Shown here: positions 49,501-61,930 of the stretch, piece after piece
Layout: each line of letters starts with the position of its first letter
Position numbering within the stretch: the stretch's first letter is position 1
Assembly: GCF_018977255.1 (NCBI RefSeq)
Contig: NW_024704743.1
Span: 43,216,001 to 43,280,000 of the forward strand
Length of the DNA: 64,000 nt
Direction: 5' to 3'
DNA from: Callorhinchus milii
Lineage: Eukaryota
Notes under the pieces: generated by a model
What the model saw: the letters and a program-made list of their open reading frames with translations, nothing else
Database searches by the model: none
Told to the model about the DNA's origin: nothing
Translations under genes and position numbers: made by a program

Positions 49501-49983
49501 AATTTCTGTCTCGGATTGAAGAGCTTAACGTCTGTGGTGTATCATGGTTGATGGATCTATTGAACAATGCAAACGTTTAGCATTTGCCAAATGTTGCATA
49601 AAGGTATTTTTTAATCTACAATTTTTGTGAGTCTGGGATTGGGAAATGGGATGGGGTGGGGGTGGTCAATATGTTCTGTGGGGGCTCCGTTGGGATATGG
49701 GGGGAGGGTTCCTGAGTCCAGACTGTTCTTGCATCGAAACGAGACCGTCAGAGTGCATTAAATCCAACCCTATTATTTGAATATTTTGGAAAGGGAGAAA
49801 CCAGCAGGTGATGAGCCTTTGTTCACACAGCAATATTTGCACATAGTCACATAGTCACCTCCCCTCTCATTGTGTAGGAGAAAAGCCGCCCGGCCCAGCA
49901 CAGCCCAGCAGGTTCAAGTGGCAGTCAGTGCTGAGTTGGCTAATTTCAGCCAGGACAGCGGTTTGGTCGGTCACACCCTGAAA

Positions 49984-50098
49984 ATAATAATAATAATGCT
50001 TGCATTTGATGTATTGCCCTATCACGTCTTCGAGATGTTTCAAAGCGCTTCACAGAATATACTGTGAAGTGAATTGAATGTATATTTTGTGGGCGAAA
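49984..50098 (-). mobile_element. SINE 3' fragment
   Basis: Tail match (TCGAA loop variant). Confidence 0.85.
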
Positions 50099-53000
50099 AT
50101 CACAAGATCCCACAAGAGGAAGGGGTTTGGGTGAAGAAGGCCCTTTAATCTGTTTGATCTCATTCTTTAAGAAAAGGCACTGTACTGTCTTCCCATCACA
50201 ACACTGAGCTGTTATTTCAAATGTATTTGGCATTACCTGGGTTCCTTCTGCCGATCAGTCTTCAGTTGGAAGGCGTGTAGAGGTCAAGTGAGGCGAAGGT
50301 TATTTGTGGTCATCCAACCTGCCAGTACTCACTATTGAGACTCGGGGATGAATCATAGACACGTGATACTTGAGGGAGAACTGTGGATCTTCACTATAAT
50401 TAGAAAGAAAAAGGAGTCCAACTGCTTCGGTGGAGGGGACAGATATTCCCGGGAGGGAGAGAGGAGATGGATTGGGTGGAGGTGGGAGGGGAAAGCACAG
50501 AAATGCATTTGATTTCAAAAAAAAAAAAAATGCCACCTGGTATGCAGAAAATATTGTAGATGTTAACACAGCAAGCCCTCAGAGCTTACTGAAACAGAAG
50601 ATCACCCCTTTCTTTCATTGGGGTAGGATGAGAATACAATGCATGATGCTGTAGCCTTCCTGTAAGTTCCATGCATCCCATATATTCTGTAAAGAGCTAC
50701 CAGTTCCCGTGAGATACGGCGGTTAACTTGCATGCACTGGAACCGGATCGCTGCTCCCTTTGTTCTTATTGCAGTGTGTGGTCTTTGGACCTCAGAACTG
50801 TATGGCAGCATTGCAATGAGTAGCAGTGAAATGTCAAGAGACTCATTTCACCCATACAATGGAGCCAAATACATCCTATTCTCTCCCTTTCGCACTCCCT
50901 TATTTACTCTCACACACAGACACACACGCAATCTTGTGTAAGCATTGATTGATTTTTAAAATAATATGTATTTTATTTATTCATCTATCGAATAGCTCAC
51001 AAAACATTTTAGTTTATACAGTACCAAATAATAATTTTATGCCATGTAAATGCAACTTGTTGTGATTATTTTACCAAATCTGGGGAGGATGAAAAATGTT
51101 TCGAAATGCCAGTAAACCAAAGGCTTGGCTCTATTTGAGGAGTTGAATTTGTGGGATTTGGTAAATTACTAGCTTTGAAATTGGATGCAGGATCTATTGA
51201 CTCAAATGTGACAGCTTGGAGTAATGGAGCAGTGATTAATAAATTATTCAGAAGATACTAGCTGTCTTGGATAAAAAAATGTCCCAGTTCCGTTTCAATG
51301 AGCTGTGACTGGAGCAATAATTCTTAGCATTGCTCAATCTCTCCAGCTGTGGGTGTCTGCAATCCACAAAATACATAGTCACTTCACATTCTCCTATAAA
51401 ATACAGTCACTCCACATTATAGTTTATCCTGTGAATATTTTGAGATATCCTCCTGCTATGAAATAATACTAATAATAATCTTTGCATTTGATATCGGGGA
51501 CAGAGACGTCTCAAAGTGGTTCACAGAATATACTGTAAAGTGAATTGACTGTACGTTTTGTGGATGAAAGGCACTGTATCAAATGTAAGGACTGTTATTA
51601 TATTTGAGGCGGTCTCCAATCTGCCTTGGGTTGCAGATCCCCTTGGGTCGCAGACTGTGAAGCGTTTGTGTTTAATTGAAGAAAGACATGCCTTCTATAG
51701 GACAAATGTCTCAATTAATAGAGAGGCAGCAGCCTACCACTGAGCAGTGATAAAAATAGGAGTTTGAGAACTTGACCAAAGGCACTGTCAAAGAGGAATG
51801 TTTTTAAGAGGGGTTTCAAGTCAGGGAGAAGGGAACAAGGGTTTTTGAGATGGTTCCAAAGAATGGGTTTGTATTTGCTGAAGGCTTGATGACTGATGGA
51901 GGGAGTTTTGATCAGCTATTGAGGATACAAGATGATGTATTTTAGGAACCCGGCAGTCGTGTATTGTACAGAATTTCCAGACATGAACAGACACAATCTC
52001 ACTCTAGGGAAGCAAATGTAGCTGTTAATTTATCATTTGTTTAGCACCACCACCACCCAGGAGAGGTGGAGCGTGGGGATTTGCTGAGATGTGAAGAGAA
52101 AGGTTGTGCATTTCAGGAAATGTGGTGCCTCTCTGTTCAAAGATCTGTTCGAACTGGTTATTTTAATAGCAACAGAGAATCGCCTTTTAAAAATGTTAGG
52201 GCAGTGGGCTCCATTATATTAGGTGAGGTTGACTTGCCTCATTCAGTGATTGTGCACAGATCCCGACACCTCTAATACATCCAAGTAATACCTAATTGAT
52301 ATATTACCTGTGGCTGAATGTAATTCCTGGGAGTTTAGTATGGTTGAGATTGTATTGTGTGGGGACAGATGTGTGCGTGATTGTAGTTTTATGGAAACAG
52401 ATGTGGGTGATTACAATTTGGGGGGGAGCAGAGCTGTGAGTATCTTAATCTGCAAAATTCATTTTATGCTGGGTTTTCACAGGAATCTAAAAAAAGGGGG
52501 CTTTACTTTGTTATATTGAAACGCCAGTTAAGATACGATTCCTATACTGTGAGATCCACTTCACTGGACAAAGTTAAAAGCCCACACTTGGACATTAGGG
52601 GGAATTATTTGCCACACCCATTTTAGGCAAAAGCCTTTGTTCTGCTTTACTCTAATATTTGGAAGATCTTTATCTAGCTGCAATAACAATACAAACAACT
52701 TACATTTTTTGCACCCTTCATGCAGAGTAGCATCTCAGAGCGCTTGAAATTGCAATTCTGGCAAACAGAGCCCTCCTACCGCATTGCTGCTCAACTGAGA
52801 GTGTGTGTGAGAGGGAGATTGATCATAGCCCTCTCTGTTGAGAGCTTCTTTTACGCTGTCCAATTTTTTTTGTTAGTCTTCAATCGGATGATCCAGTGTC
52901 TGACAAAGAAATCTGAATTTTAATTTACTAGGGAGGTCCCTTTAAGGCTGTAAGAATTTTTTTAAAAAGCAGCTTTTTCTATTGATTTGTTGAAGAACCA

Positions 53001-53511
53001 TTAAAACTGCTGTATAGTTTTGTGATCTCCAGCCAGTGAACTTTAAGAAGAAAACGGAGTAGGGGGAGGGGGTGTGTTAAATGTCCCATTTCCTCCCTTT
53101 CCGCCATTGACTATAGCCAATCAAAGCTCCATAATCTAACCAGAAGCCTTCATGAGCCTCTTTGACATCAGAAGAAGCTGTTTATTGCAGGAGTTGCTCT
53201 CTGTTTGAAGCTGGCTTCTTTTGCTGGGGGGTGGACAGAGGTTGTCATTTTTTCATAAACTACTGTAATTCCAGTCAACGCACAGCACTTCAAAACCAAA
53301 CTCTCACTGCATTTCACAATAAATTATTAATCAGATATGAGGTGTCGCAGTAGCCAGCAACATCAGTTTTTATTAATACTGTATTACTGAAGACGGCATG
53401 GTCGAATTGGTTCACACTGGTCTAGTGTTAGGCGTGTAATTGCCTTTGAAGCCTTCATTTGGTGTCCGAGTGCCCTTGCTTGCATTTATAGCGGAACATT
53501 ACTGATCTCTA

Positions 53512-53860
53512 ATGATAATAATCCCTGCATTTGATATAGAGCCTTATCACGTGTTTGAGACGTCTCAAAGCGCTTCACAGAATATACTGTAAAGTGAATT
53601 GACTGTGTATTTTGTGGGCGAAACGCGGCAGACAATTGTGCACAGCAGTGTCCCACAAACAGTGGTGGATTGAGTGAACTTTTTTTTTTAATGATTATTA
53701 CCCTTGGAAAAGTGGTCCGCTAATCGACTTAACAACCAGGTTCCTACTTACTGCTAGGTAAACAGTGGAATGTGGAGTAAGGAAACTTGCCCAATGTTTC
53801 TCCCTGCCCAGGAATCAAACCCAGGTCCTCTCATTTGTGAGGCGAGTGCTTTAACCACTA
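53512..53860 (-). mobile_element. SINE, long subfamily, near full length
   Basis: Tail to head, including ggttcctacttactgctaggtaaacag. Confidence 0.92.
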
Positions 53861-54711
53861 ATTTAATGAGCAAGGATGCTTTCCCAGTTTTGCTCTCTCT
53901 TTATAGCTCGACAGTGATTTGGTTTGGGAAGGGAAAATGTGTATGTTAGATGGTAAGGTTCAGGTCAATTCTGCATGTGGAGTAACTGAGACCCACAGAG
54001 TACTGTCTTGAATTATTTTTTATTTTGAATTCAGGTGAGGAGGAATTTGTTTTATTTGTTTTATCTGTCAGCTCCACTGTACCTTTTCTACTTACTGTAG
54101 ACCCCCAACCACCGTAACCCTCAGGGTCTAATCCTGTTACGAAAAGCTGTGAGACTTTACCCTACGTGCAGCCCGCTTTGTAAATGCAAGTTTTTACTTC
54201 AAGAAAAATCCATCAAAACTAAGAGGGAAGGGGAAGAAGCTAGCAACGAGTCTAGATGGTGGATTAGACTGCAATCCAGAAACTTCAGCACAGTGACCTA
54301 AGGATGATGCTGCTTCAGCTAGCTGCCTGTTCACACAGCACCATTCTGAGAGTGAATTAAACCCAGGCTTTTGTAACTTGTTTTCCTTGAGTGCAATTCG
54401 CTTTGTAAAGCCTGCATTGTGAGTTTTCACTCCCGCTTGCTTTGTATCCATATTGTTCACCCCGCTGATAAAATATTTCTAAGGTATGTGAAGCAGAGTC
54501 TGTAAATTCTCTTTAAAAGGGGCATTAGTTAGATGCTTGTAAAAAAAGGAATTGTTATGGGGAGAGATTAGACTAGGTGGCTCATTGTGGACAACAGACA
54601 CCAGCCATAACATTGGAGGTTCAAAATCCACTTGTAGTTTGGGCAGTATTTTCCTTCTATATTCTTGTACTTATCAGCTTGTTTGAACCTTATCTCTGCC
54701 CCTACCCCATC

Positions 54712-54963
54712 GTGGAGTCCTGTAGCGAATTGGTTAGAGCGTTCGCCTCGTAAGCGGTAGGACCCGGTTGGATTCTCGGGCAGGGCAAAATCCGAGGCAA
54801 GTTTCCTTACTTAATTAATGACTTAATTTGTGAGACACTGCTGTGCGCAATTGGCTAGTCTCACAAAATACACAGTGAATTTACTTTACATATATTCTGT
54901 GAAGCCTTTTGAGACATCTTAACAATGTGATAAGGCACTATATAAAATACAAGGATTATTATT
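54712..54963 (+). mobile_element. SINE with a large internal deletion (old-type head)
   Basis: gtggagtcctgtag..ggcaagtttccttac joined to tgtgagacactgctgtgcgcaattgg..tail. Confidence 0.85.
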
Positions 54964-55851
54964 AATATTATGTCCTTATTAATTCATTAATTAGTGTAAC
55001 CATCTTACTTTTGAAGCCTCCTGTCTGATTACAAGTGTCGACCTTCTGTAAGAAGTTCAGGTTGATTAATTTTATCAATTTTTATAAAGTTTAGAGATTA
55101 ATTTCTATGGAGAAGATGAGGTTTATGATTTTTTTCAACTGCCTTTATTCAGTGTGTTCTGGTAAGGAGCAGTATGAGGGATGTTAACAAAACCATTGTG
55201 AAGAAGCATGAAATGAGAAAATGCCATTCTGAACGTCTGAATCCGTTCCTTGCTGCAAATCCAGCCTTGTGAACATTCCTGAAAACGTACTTCATTTTCC
55301 TGAAAATGATTAACACAGCGGTAAGACCAGAAAAAAAGTGAATAAAAACCAGCGAAAATCCTCTGCAAGTCCTGAGGGCATTCGAGCAGGCAGCAAATAC
55401 ATATTCACAACATTTTCTTTACAGTATCTATCTCCCTTTAAGACATCCTCCTGACATGAATGGCCTTTTATAAAATGTAAGAAATTGTCTATTGCCTCTG
55501 TGCAGGCGGTGACCAGCAGAGCTCTGCCGAGGCATGTGCTCAGGAGGTTCTGTTGTTTACTTTGTTCATAAAATGTGCAGGTGGAGGACGCTACTTGTTA
55601 GCAAATGAGTTGCACACAGCAAGTTGGCATGGAAAGCAGGGTCGCGAGCATTAATGGCATTGAAAGGGAAAAATTAACATCGATGGGTTAATTAAGGGGT
55701 AGCAGATGGATTTTAATTTGGATGAATGTAAGAGAAATCCATTTTGGAACCAACAAAGGAGATTTCCAGTAATGAAAGTAGAGAAAAGCGTTTGTACGTG
55801 ATTATGGACAGTTCAGTGAAAGAGACCAAGTTAGTGTGAAACTTTGATGGG

Positions 55852-56012
55852 AAATTGGTCATTCATTCAGGGCTGTTTGTGGAACAATACTGTATGCAAA
55901 TTGGCTTCCGCCTTCGCTCACAAATAGTCACTCCACTTCATACTAAATGCTGCGAAGCACTTTGAGACCCAGCAACGTAAGATACTGTATCAAATGCAAG
56001 GATTATTATATT
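55852..56012 (+). mobile_element. SINE 3' half inside a decayed CR1 (~55685-56140)
   Basis: aaattggtcattcattc..gctgtttgtgg..caaatgcaaggattatt; flanks gcagatggattttaat..aatgtaag..cattttgg are CR1-like. Confidence 0.65.
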
Positions 56013-56174
56013 ATAAAGATTAATCAAGTGCTAGAATGCATGTAAGAGGCCATTTCAAATTGCAAATTAAATCAAATCTTGATATTTGCAAATCATTGGT
56101 ACTTGGAATCCCTCTTGTGAATATTGCAAATTGTCACCCAGTGTGGATGTAATTGGGACTCTTAAACTGAAAGT

Positions 56175-56320
56175 AGAGGGAGGAACACAAGGACAGAATG
56201 AGTGAACAGAGGGAAAGAGTGAGTTAGTGGAAGGCAGAGAAAAAGTGGGAGAAAATGGAAGGAAAGAGGGAGAGAGGGAGCGAGAGGAGGGTAGAGGAAA
56301 GAGGGAGTGAGCGAAGGGGA
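56175..56320. repeat. Purine-rich low-complexity tract
   Basis: Almost exclusively G/A. Confidence 0.8.
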
Positions 56321-56929
56321 GGCTGACTTGCTTAAAGATATGCAAACTGCACGGAACAGTAATCCTGGGATGTGTGTTTGTGTGTGGTGGGGGGGAGGAA
56401 GAACCACAGCAGAGTCTGATCGTGCCTTTCCTCACTATCCAAACACATGTGTAACTTTCCAGCGGAGATCTCTCGATAGTGGCTATCATGGGAATCCTGC
56501 GTCAGGACTGAGGTCAGTGCTGCCGAGGCTAGAAAAGCTGACTAAGGACCACGTCTATTGCAGTAGTATTCCTTACACTGAAAGTGCTTACTGTACTGCT
56601 GGGGTACACAGCGGTCACAGTTGAACACCCTGTGTGCTATAAATATCCTGGCTTCTTGTTGCCCATTACTGTACATCACCCTGTACGTCCCACTGTTAGG
56701 AGCCGTGCCACAATCCAACTAAGTGAAGACTCAGCTGGAAGTTGTAGTGCAGGGGAAGAGGTTTTGAAGCTGGTAAGCATTTTTTTGAAAAGTGGAGGGA
56801 AGTGTGTTTGGAGAGGAAGTGACTTTCTGTGCAAATAGGACCCCACTTTGCAAAGTTTTTTTTGTCAGCACAATCTGAACTCGCAAGGAACTGTGATGTT
56901 CACTCCTAGCCCCGCCAGTCAGTGGCAGG

Positions 56930-57246
56930 ATAATAATAATAATAATCCTTGCATTTGATATTGCACTTTTCACATCTTCTAGACGTCTCAAAGCGCTTCA
57001 CAGAATAGACTATAAAGTGACTTGACTGTATATTTGTGGGCGAAACGCAGCAGCCAATTGCGCACAGCAGTGTCCCACAAACAGTCGAGGATTGAAAATG
57101 ACCAATGTATTATTGTTTTATCTTGGAGGGATTATTATTAGGCGTGTGGAGTAAGGAAACTTGCCCAAGGTTTCGCCCTGCCTGGAATTGAACCCAGGTG
57201 TCTCGCTTGCAAGGCAAGTGATCTAACCACTGAGCTGCAGGACTCC
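56930..57246 (-). mobile_element. tRNA-Ala-derived SINE, short subfamily (TAGAA loop), full length
   Basis: Full match to the other short copies. Confidence 0.95.
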
Positions 57247-57429
57247 TACAATTGGGGAGGAGTCTTGTGATCAGCCTGCAGGGCTGAACAACAACAACTT
57301 GCATGTGTATATAATGCCCCCATGCAGGGTAGCACCTCAGAGCAACTTCAGCTCCACACACAAAGTGGTTCTCACCACTAGTTTTATACATTTTCATACA
57401 TTAAGATTTTCTTTCCTCTTTCTAGCTCA

Positions 57430-57642
57430 CTATTTCAGTGAGTGAAGAGTGAACCTGTTGAAGCAGGAAGCGTTGATTCTTTCAAATGCAGATTAGGTAG
57501 TTTTCTTTTATGAAATAACATTATGGGAGCTGGTACATAGGAAGTTTGGGACGTATGTGCATGCGACTGCCAGCAAGGTGGAAGGCGAACTAGATGGGCC
57601 TTAGTCTTTTTTCATCTAGCATTTCTTATGTTCTTATGTTCT
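57430..57642 (+). mobile_element. CR1 3' end
   Basis: ggaaggcgaactagatgggcc..tttcttatgttcttatgttct terminal octamer repeats. Confidence 0.75.
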
Positions 57643-57810
57643 CCCCCCCACCTCTCCTTCCTTCCTTCCTTCCTCTCTCTCTCTTCCTTCCTTCCTTTCT
57701 CTCTCCTTCCCCATTCCACCGTCTCCGTTCACTTTCTCCTTTCCTTTTTCACCCTCTTCTTATTCTCCCACTACCATTCCTTCACCTCCCCCGCCCCCTG
57801 CACCACCCCC
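57643..57810. repeat. Pyrimidine-rich low-complexity tract (CCTT/CT)
   Basis: Direct inspection. Confidence 0.8.
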
Positions 57811-59806
57811 CACTTGCCCAAATGAACGTGTTTGAATTTAGTGCTATCTATTTATAATTGACCATCACATTCCTCATCACACGTTCCTGTCTTAGATCCA
57901 GACTGGAGTTTGATGAGAATTCTCATGCTAATATCACACCATGACTAAACAGAACTGAACACATCTTTCTCAGTGTTGTGGCACATTTTTGGAATTGTGA
58001 ACCGAGCCCTGTGCTGCTTAATTATAATAATCATAATAATCTCTTTGCATTTCCTATAGCACCGTATCACATTTTTTAGACATCTCAAAGCACTTCACAG
58101 AATATACTGTAAAAAGTAGTGACTGTATTTGGTGTGCTTACATAGATTGCACAGCACGGAAGCAAGACATTCTGGGCCTGTGCTGGTGGTTATATTCCAC
58201 ACTAGTCAACCCCCCCCCCCCCCCACACTCCCTCCCCCCTCCCATTTCCTTCTATAAGGGTGTATATTCCTCCTCATGCGTTCTTCCTCAATGAAAAATA
58301 GGTTGCTGAGCTTTTCCGATGGGTGAGTAAGTTTACCCACTGAGTGTTTTCAGCCTTGTCGGATAGGGTTGTGATGATTGTATTTTGCCATCCTTTCTCT
58401 TTCTTCCCGCCTTCCCTTTCCATAGGGTTGTGGAGAGGGATGAAGTTAATCGGCAAACAAACTTTCAGCTCCATCTGTCTTCATTGTTCCTTTGATTTTG
58501 ATGATATGATCAGTTCATATCTCTGGTACCTCTTCCTTTCTCCTCCATACCCCCTAATCTCCAAACGTCTGTGTCTCCCAGTATCCAGGATCGAGCTGCG
58601 TTTAAAGCCACGGTTTGTATAAATTGCAGAAGTTATTTGCTCCTGAAGGTGACTTGGGACTTGATATGGAGAAATCAATAAAATGGCTACCTTGGCAACC
58701 GCTGTGAAAAGGGCAAAGGCCACTGGCAATTAAGCAGCAGTTTGAACCTGCTCCTGTTGCTCATTGCTGAAAGTGATTCATTTTGTCCCAACACTTTGCC
58801 CAGGTTGGTGCAATGTGGCGATGGGCGTGGGTGGAGAAGGAGAGGTGTGCCCCGCGTCTGGTGAGGAATGCTGTGGCTAATATTTGACCATCGTTGCAGA
58901 CACCAAGTCGAGTGAAAATGATTTCACTCAAATTCTCCTCTACTTCATCTGTCTGACTTGTATTTGAAACTTTGCCAAAGTGTGCAGCATGTACGTTTTT
59001 TTTAAAGAAAGGGTGTGTGTGTGAGGGGAGCAGGGAAAAGTGCTTGGGTAATCAGATTTTCACCTGAATAAAATGCATTGCTTGGTGCCGGTTGACAAGC
59101 CTGATAGTAGCGCTGTGCAAGTGAGCAAATGGCATGCTTCACTTGGGGTCATTACAGCACTATCGAAGAGTACGTAATGCAACCACTTCAGAACTGTGAG
59201 TTGGGGAAGTAACTGTGCGTGGGAGCACAGTTACTATTAGTTCAGGGGAGAAGTTGACCCACATGGCCTTCGCTTGGGAAATTACATATTTTGAGATTTA
59301 ATTTAAACAGAGCTGTGCAACATTCGCAGGCTTTCTGGAGTTGAAGGGTAGGGCAAGTTACATGATGCAATTCAAAGGAACTTGCGGATATGCACAATCA
59401 AGGTCTTGCCTATTTTGGTGCAAGTTTGTTGATGCTGTTGACTGTCAGGGCTTAGTATTGTTGTTCAAGACTTTTATTTTAAGACTGTGCTCATTTCTTC
59501 TGGATGGAATCTTTGAATATTATTATAATAATAATAATCCTTGCATTGGATATAGCACTTTCATGTCTTCTAGATGTCCAAAAGCGCTTCACTCAAAGCG
59601 AATATTACCCATTTTTGCCCCATAAAGAAGCCTGGATAAAGAGCTGTGGTTTTCAAAAAAAATTGTTCCTTTGAAAACCGTCACAAGTCGATAATATTCA
59701 CCAATAGAAGTCATGTGCTTGTAGGATGTTCAGCTTTTAGCCACTTTTAAAGTTAGTGTTTGACATTTCACCATTTGTACCATATGAAATTTGTTATATA
59801 TATATA

Positions 59807-60345
59807 TTAATAATAATCCTTGCATTTGATATAGTGCCTATCACGTTTTCAAGATGTCTCAAAGCGCTTCACAGAATATACTGTAAAGTGAATTGACTGT
59901 ATGACCGTTCTCTTTGACCGTGCCTTCAGCTCCCCTCTCGACTCTCTTCCTCCTCTTCCTCCTCCTCGCTCCCTCCCTTCCCTCCCCTCACCCTGACCAT
60001 TTCCCCCTCCTCTCTCCCTCCCTTCCCTCCCCTCACCCTGACCATTTCCCCCCTGCTCGGGTCATGACCCAACTGTGCAGCGCCTTGGGACGTCCTCCTG
60101 ACGTGAAAGGCGCTCTATAAATGGAATCTTGTTGTTGTTGTTGTTGTTGTATATTTTGTGGGTGAAATGCAGCAGCCAATTGCGCACAACAGCGTCCCAC
60201 AAACAGTCGTGGATTGAGTGACCAAATTATTTATTTATATATTTTTGAAGGGATTATTACCCCCGGAAAAGCGATCCCCCAATTGACTAACGACCAGGTT
60301 CCTACTTACTGCTCGATAAACAGATGCATGCGGAGTAACGAAATC
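59807..60345 (-). mobile_element. SINE, long subfamily, split by an L2 3' end
   Basis: Tail at 59807-59902; body resumes at 60151. Confidence 0.9.
59903..60150 (+). mobile_element. L2 3' end with TSD TGTAT and an internal 45-bp tandem duplication
   Basis: Reverse complement of 61122-61315; TGTAT at 59898-59902 and 60148-60152. Confidence 0.92.
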
Positions 60346-60863
60346 TGCCACAACTTGTTTGCGGGGGTGGGGGGGGGATTGTCCACAATGCCTTTGCTTG
60401 TAGAATGACACATTTTAAGATTATCCAGGTTTCTTTAATGGACAGCAATTGAACATGCAAAAGTTTCATCCAGAGGAAGTGAGCACAATCAAGTGAGAAA
60501 GAGTTATAATACCTGGACCATAATACTAAAATATATACTGTGCGTGCATATTATTTATATTCCATATTGCCTGCCAAAATATATGATATATTTTCTGTAT
60601 TATGTGTATAGTATATTAAAAAGGAACTTGTTAATCCTCCGAACAAAGTCCGAACAGCTAGGATGGTCTTAGCTATGATAGCCAGGCAGATAATAAAAAC
60701 GAAGGAACTTGTAGTATCAGCTCAGTTGGAGGCATTAACCCCTCTTGGTGAGGAGGTTGAGTGTTCAAGGTCCACCCACGTCAGAACTTGAGCTCACAGT
60801 CTAGGTTGACCCTTCAGTGTAGTGCTGCGGAGTCTCTCAGTTGAAAACTTTTAACCAAGATCT

Positions 60864-60963
60864 TAATAATAATAATAATCCTTGCATTTGATACAGTGCC
60901 TTATCACGTCTTCGAGACGTCTCAAAGTGCTTCACAGAATATACTGTAAAGTGAATATATTTT
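60864..60963 (-). mobile_element. SINE tail insertion
   Basis: Clean tail with ACGTC-TCGAA-GACGT stem-loop. Confidence 0.88.
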
Positions 60964-61121
60964 GTGGACGTTAAAGATCGAATCGCATATTCGAAAAAGA
61001 GGAGTTTCTCCGGTGTCGTGGCCAACACCCCTCCAATTAAAATTGATCGTTGACGTCATGGCTGTTTGTGGGACATTCATGATGGAAATGGGCTGACACG
61101 TTTGCCTATAAAAAGCAAGCT

Positions 61122-61623
61122 ACAACAACAACAACAACAAGATTCCATTTATAAAGCGCCTTTCACGTCGGGAGGACGTCCCAAGGTGCTGGACAGTTGG
61201 GTCAGGACCCGAGCAGGGGGGAAATGATCAGGGTAAGGGGAAGGAAGGGAGGGTGCGAGGATGGGGTAGAGAGTCAAGAGGGGAGCTGAAGGCACGGTCA
61301 AAGAGAAAGGTCTTGAGACCGGCCTTGAAGGAGGAGAGGGAGGAGGCGGCGAAGGCACTGGGGGATGGAGTTCCAGAGCCTCGGGGCTGAGAGGCTGAAG
61401 GCCCGGCCACCGATGGTAGGGTGGTTGGGGCGGGGGATGTGGAGCAGACCGGAGCCAGAGGAACGGAGGGTACGGGCAGGTAAGTAGGGGGATTGTAGGT
61501 CGGAGAGGTAGGAGGGAGCGAGGCCGTGAATGGCCTTTTAGGTAAGGATGAGGATCTTGAAATCGATCCTCTGGGGGATGGGGAGCCAGTGGAGGCGAGC
61601 GAGGGTGGGAGTGATGTGGTCGC
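61122..61623 (-). mobile_element. L2 LINE 3' part
   Basis: Minus strand encodes HITPTLARLHWLP.., LWNSIP, SSFKAGLKTFLF; (TTG)n tail. Confidence 0.93.
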
Positions 61624-61664
61624 TACTGCAATTAACAATAATTACCCGTGAAGCACTTAGAATT

Positions 61665-61930
61665 AGAACAATTAGAATTGAGGTTAGGAAGCTTCCCTTC
61701 ATCTAGTAGCTTGTGAAGATGTGGATTACTCTCCCCCAGGAAGCTGTACAGGTGGAACCAATAGGGTGTTTAAGAGAGGGAGAGAAACTGATGCTTGGGA
61801 TGGTGGAGATATAAAAGAGGTGGGGTTGAGAAAGGGCATTGGGATTAAAAGATCTGCCAAAATCTAATAAACTGGTGGAACTGGTGCGATGGGCTGAATG
61901 GCTTGCTCCTGTTTTCCTGTGTTTCTATTT
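61665..61930 (+). mobile_element. Decayed CR1 3' part
   Basis: gtgaagatgtggattactctcccccaggaagctg..gatgggctgaatggcttgctcct. Confidence 0.65.

Larger units (their letters stand above)
60715..61660 (+). mobile_element. DeuSINE-like element carrying two nested insertions
   Basis: Head 60715-60863, Deu/body 60964-61121, tail remnant gtgaagcactt at ~61650. Confidence 0.75.

Noticed and set aside
59208..59235. 11-bp hairpin AGTAACTGTGC/GCACAGTTACT
   Set aside because: Too short to distinguish from chance without conservation data
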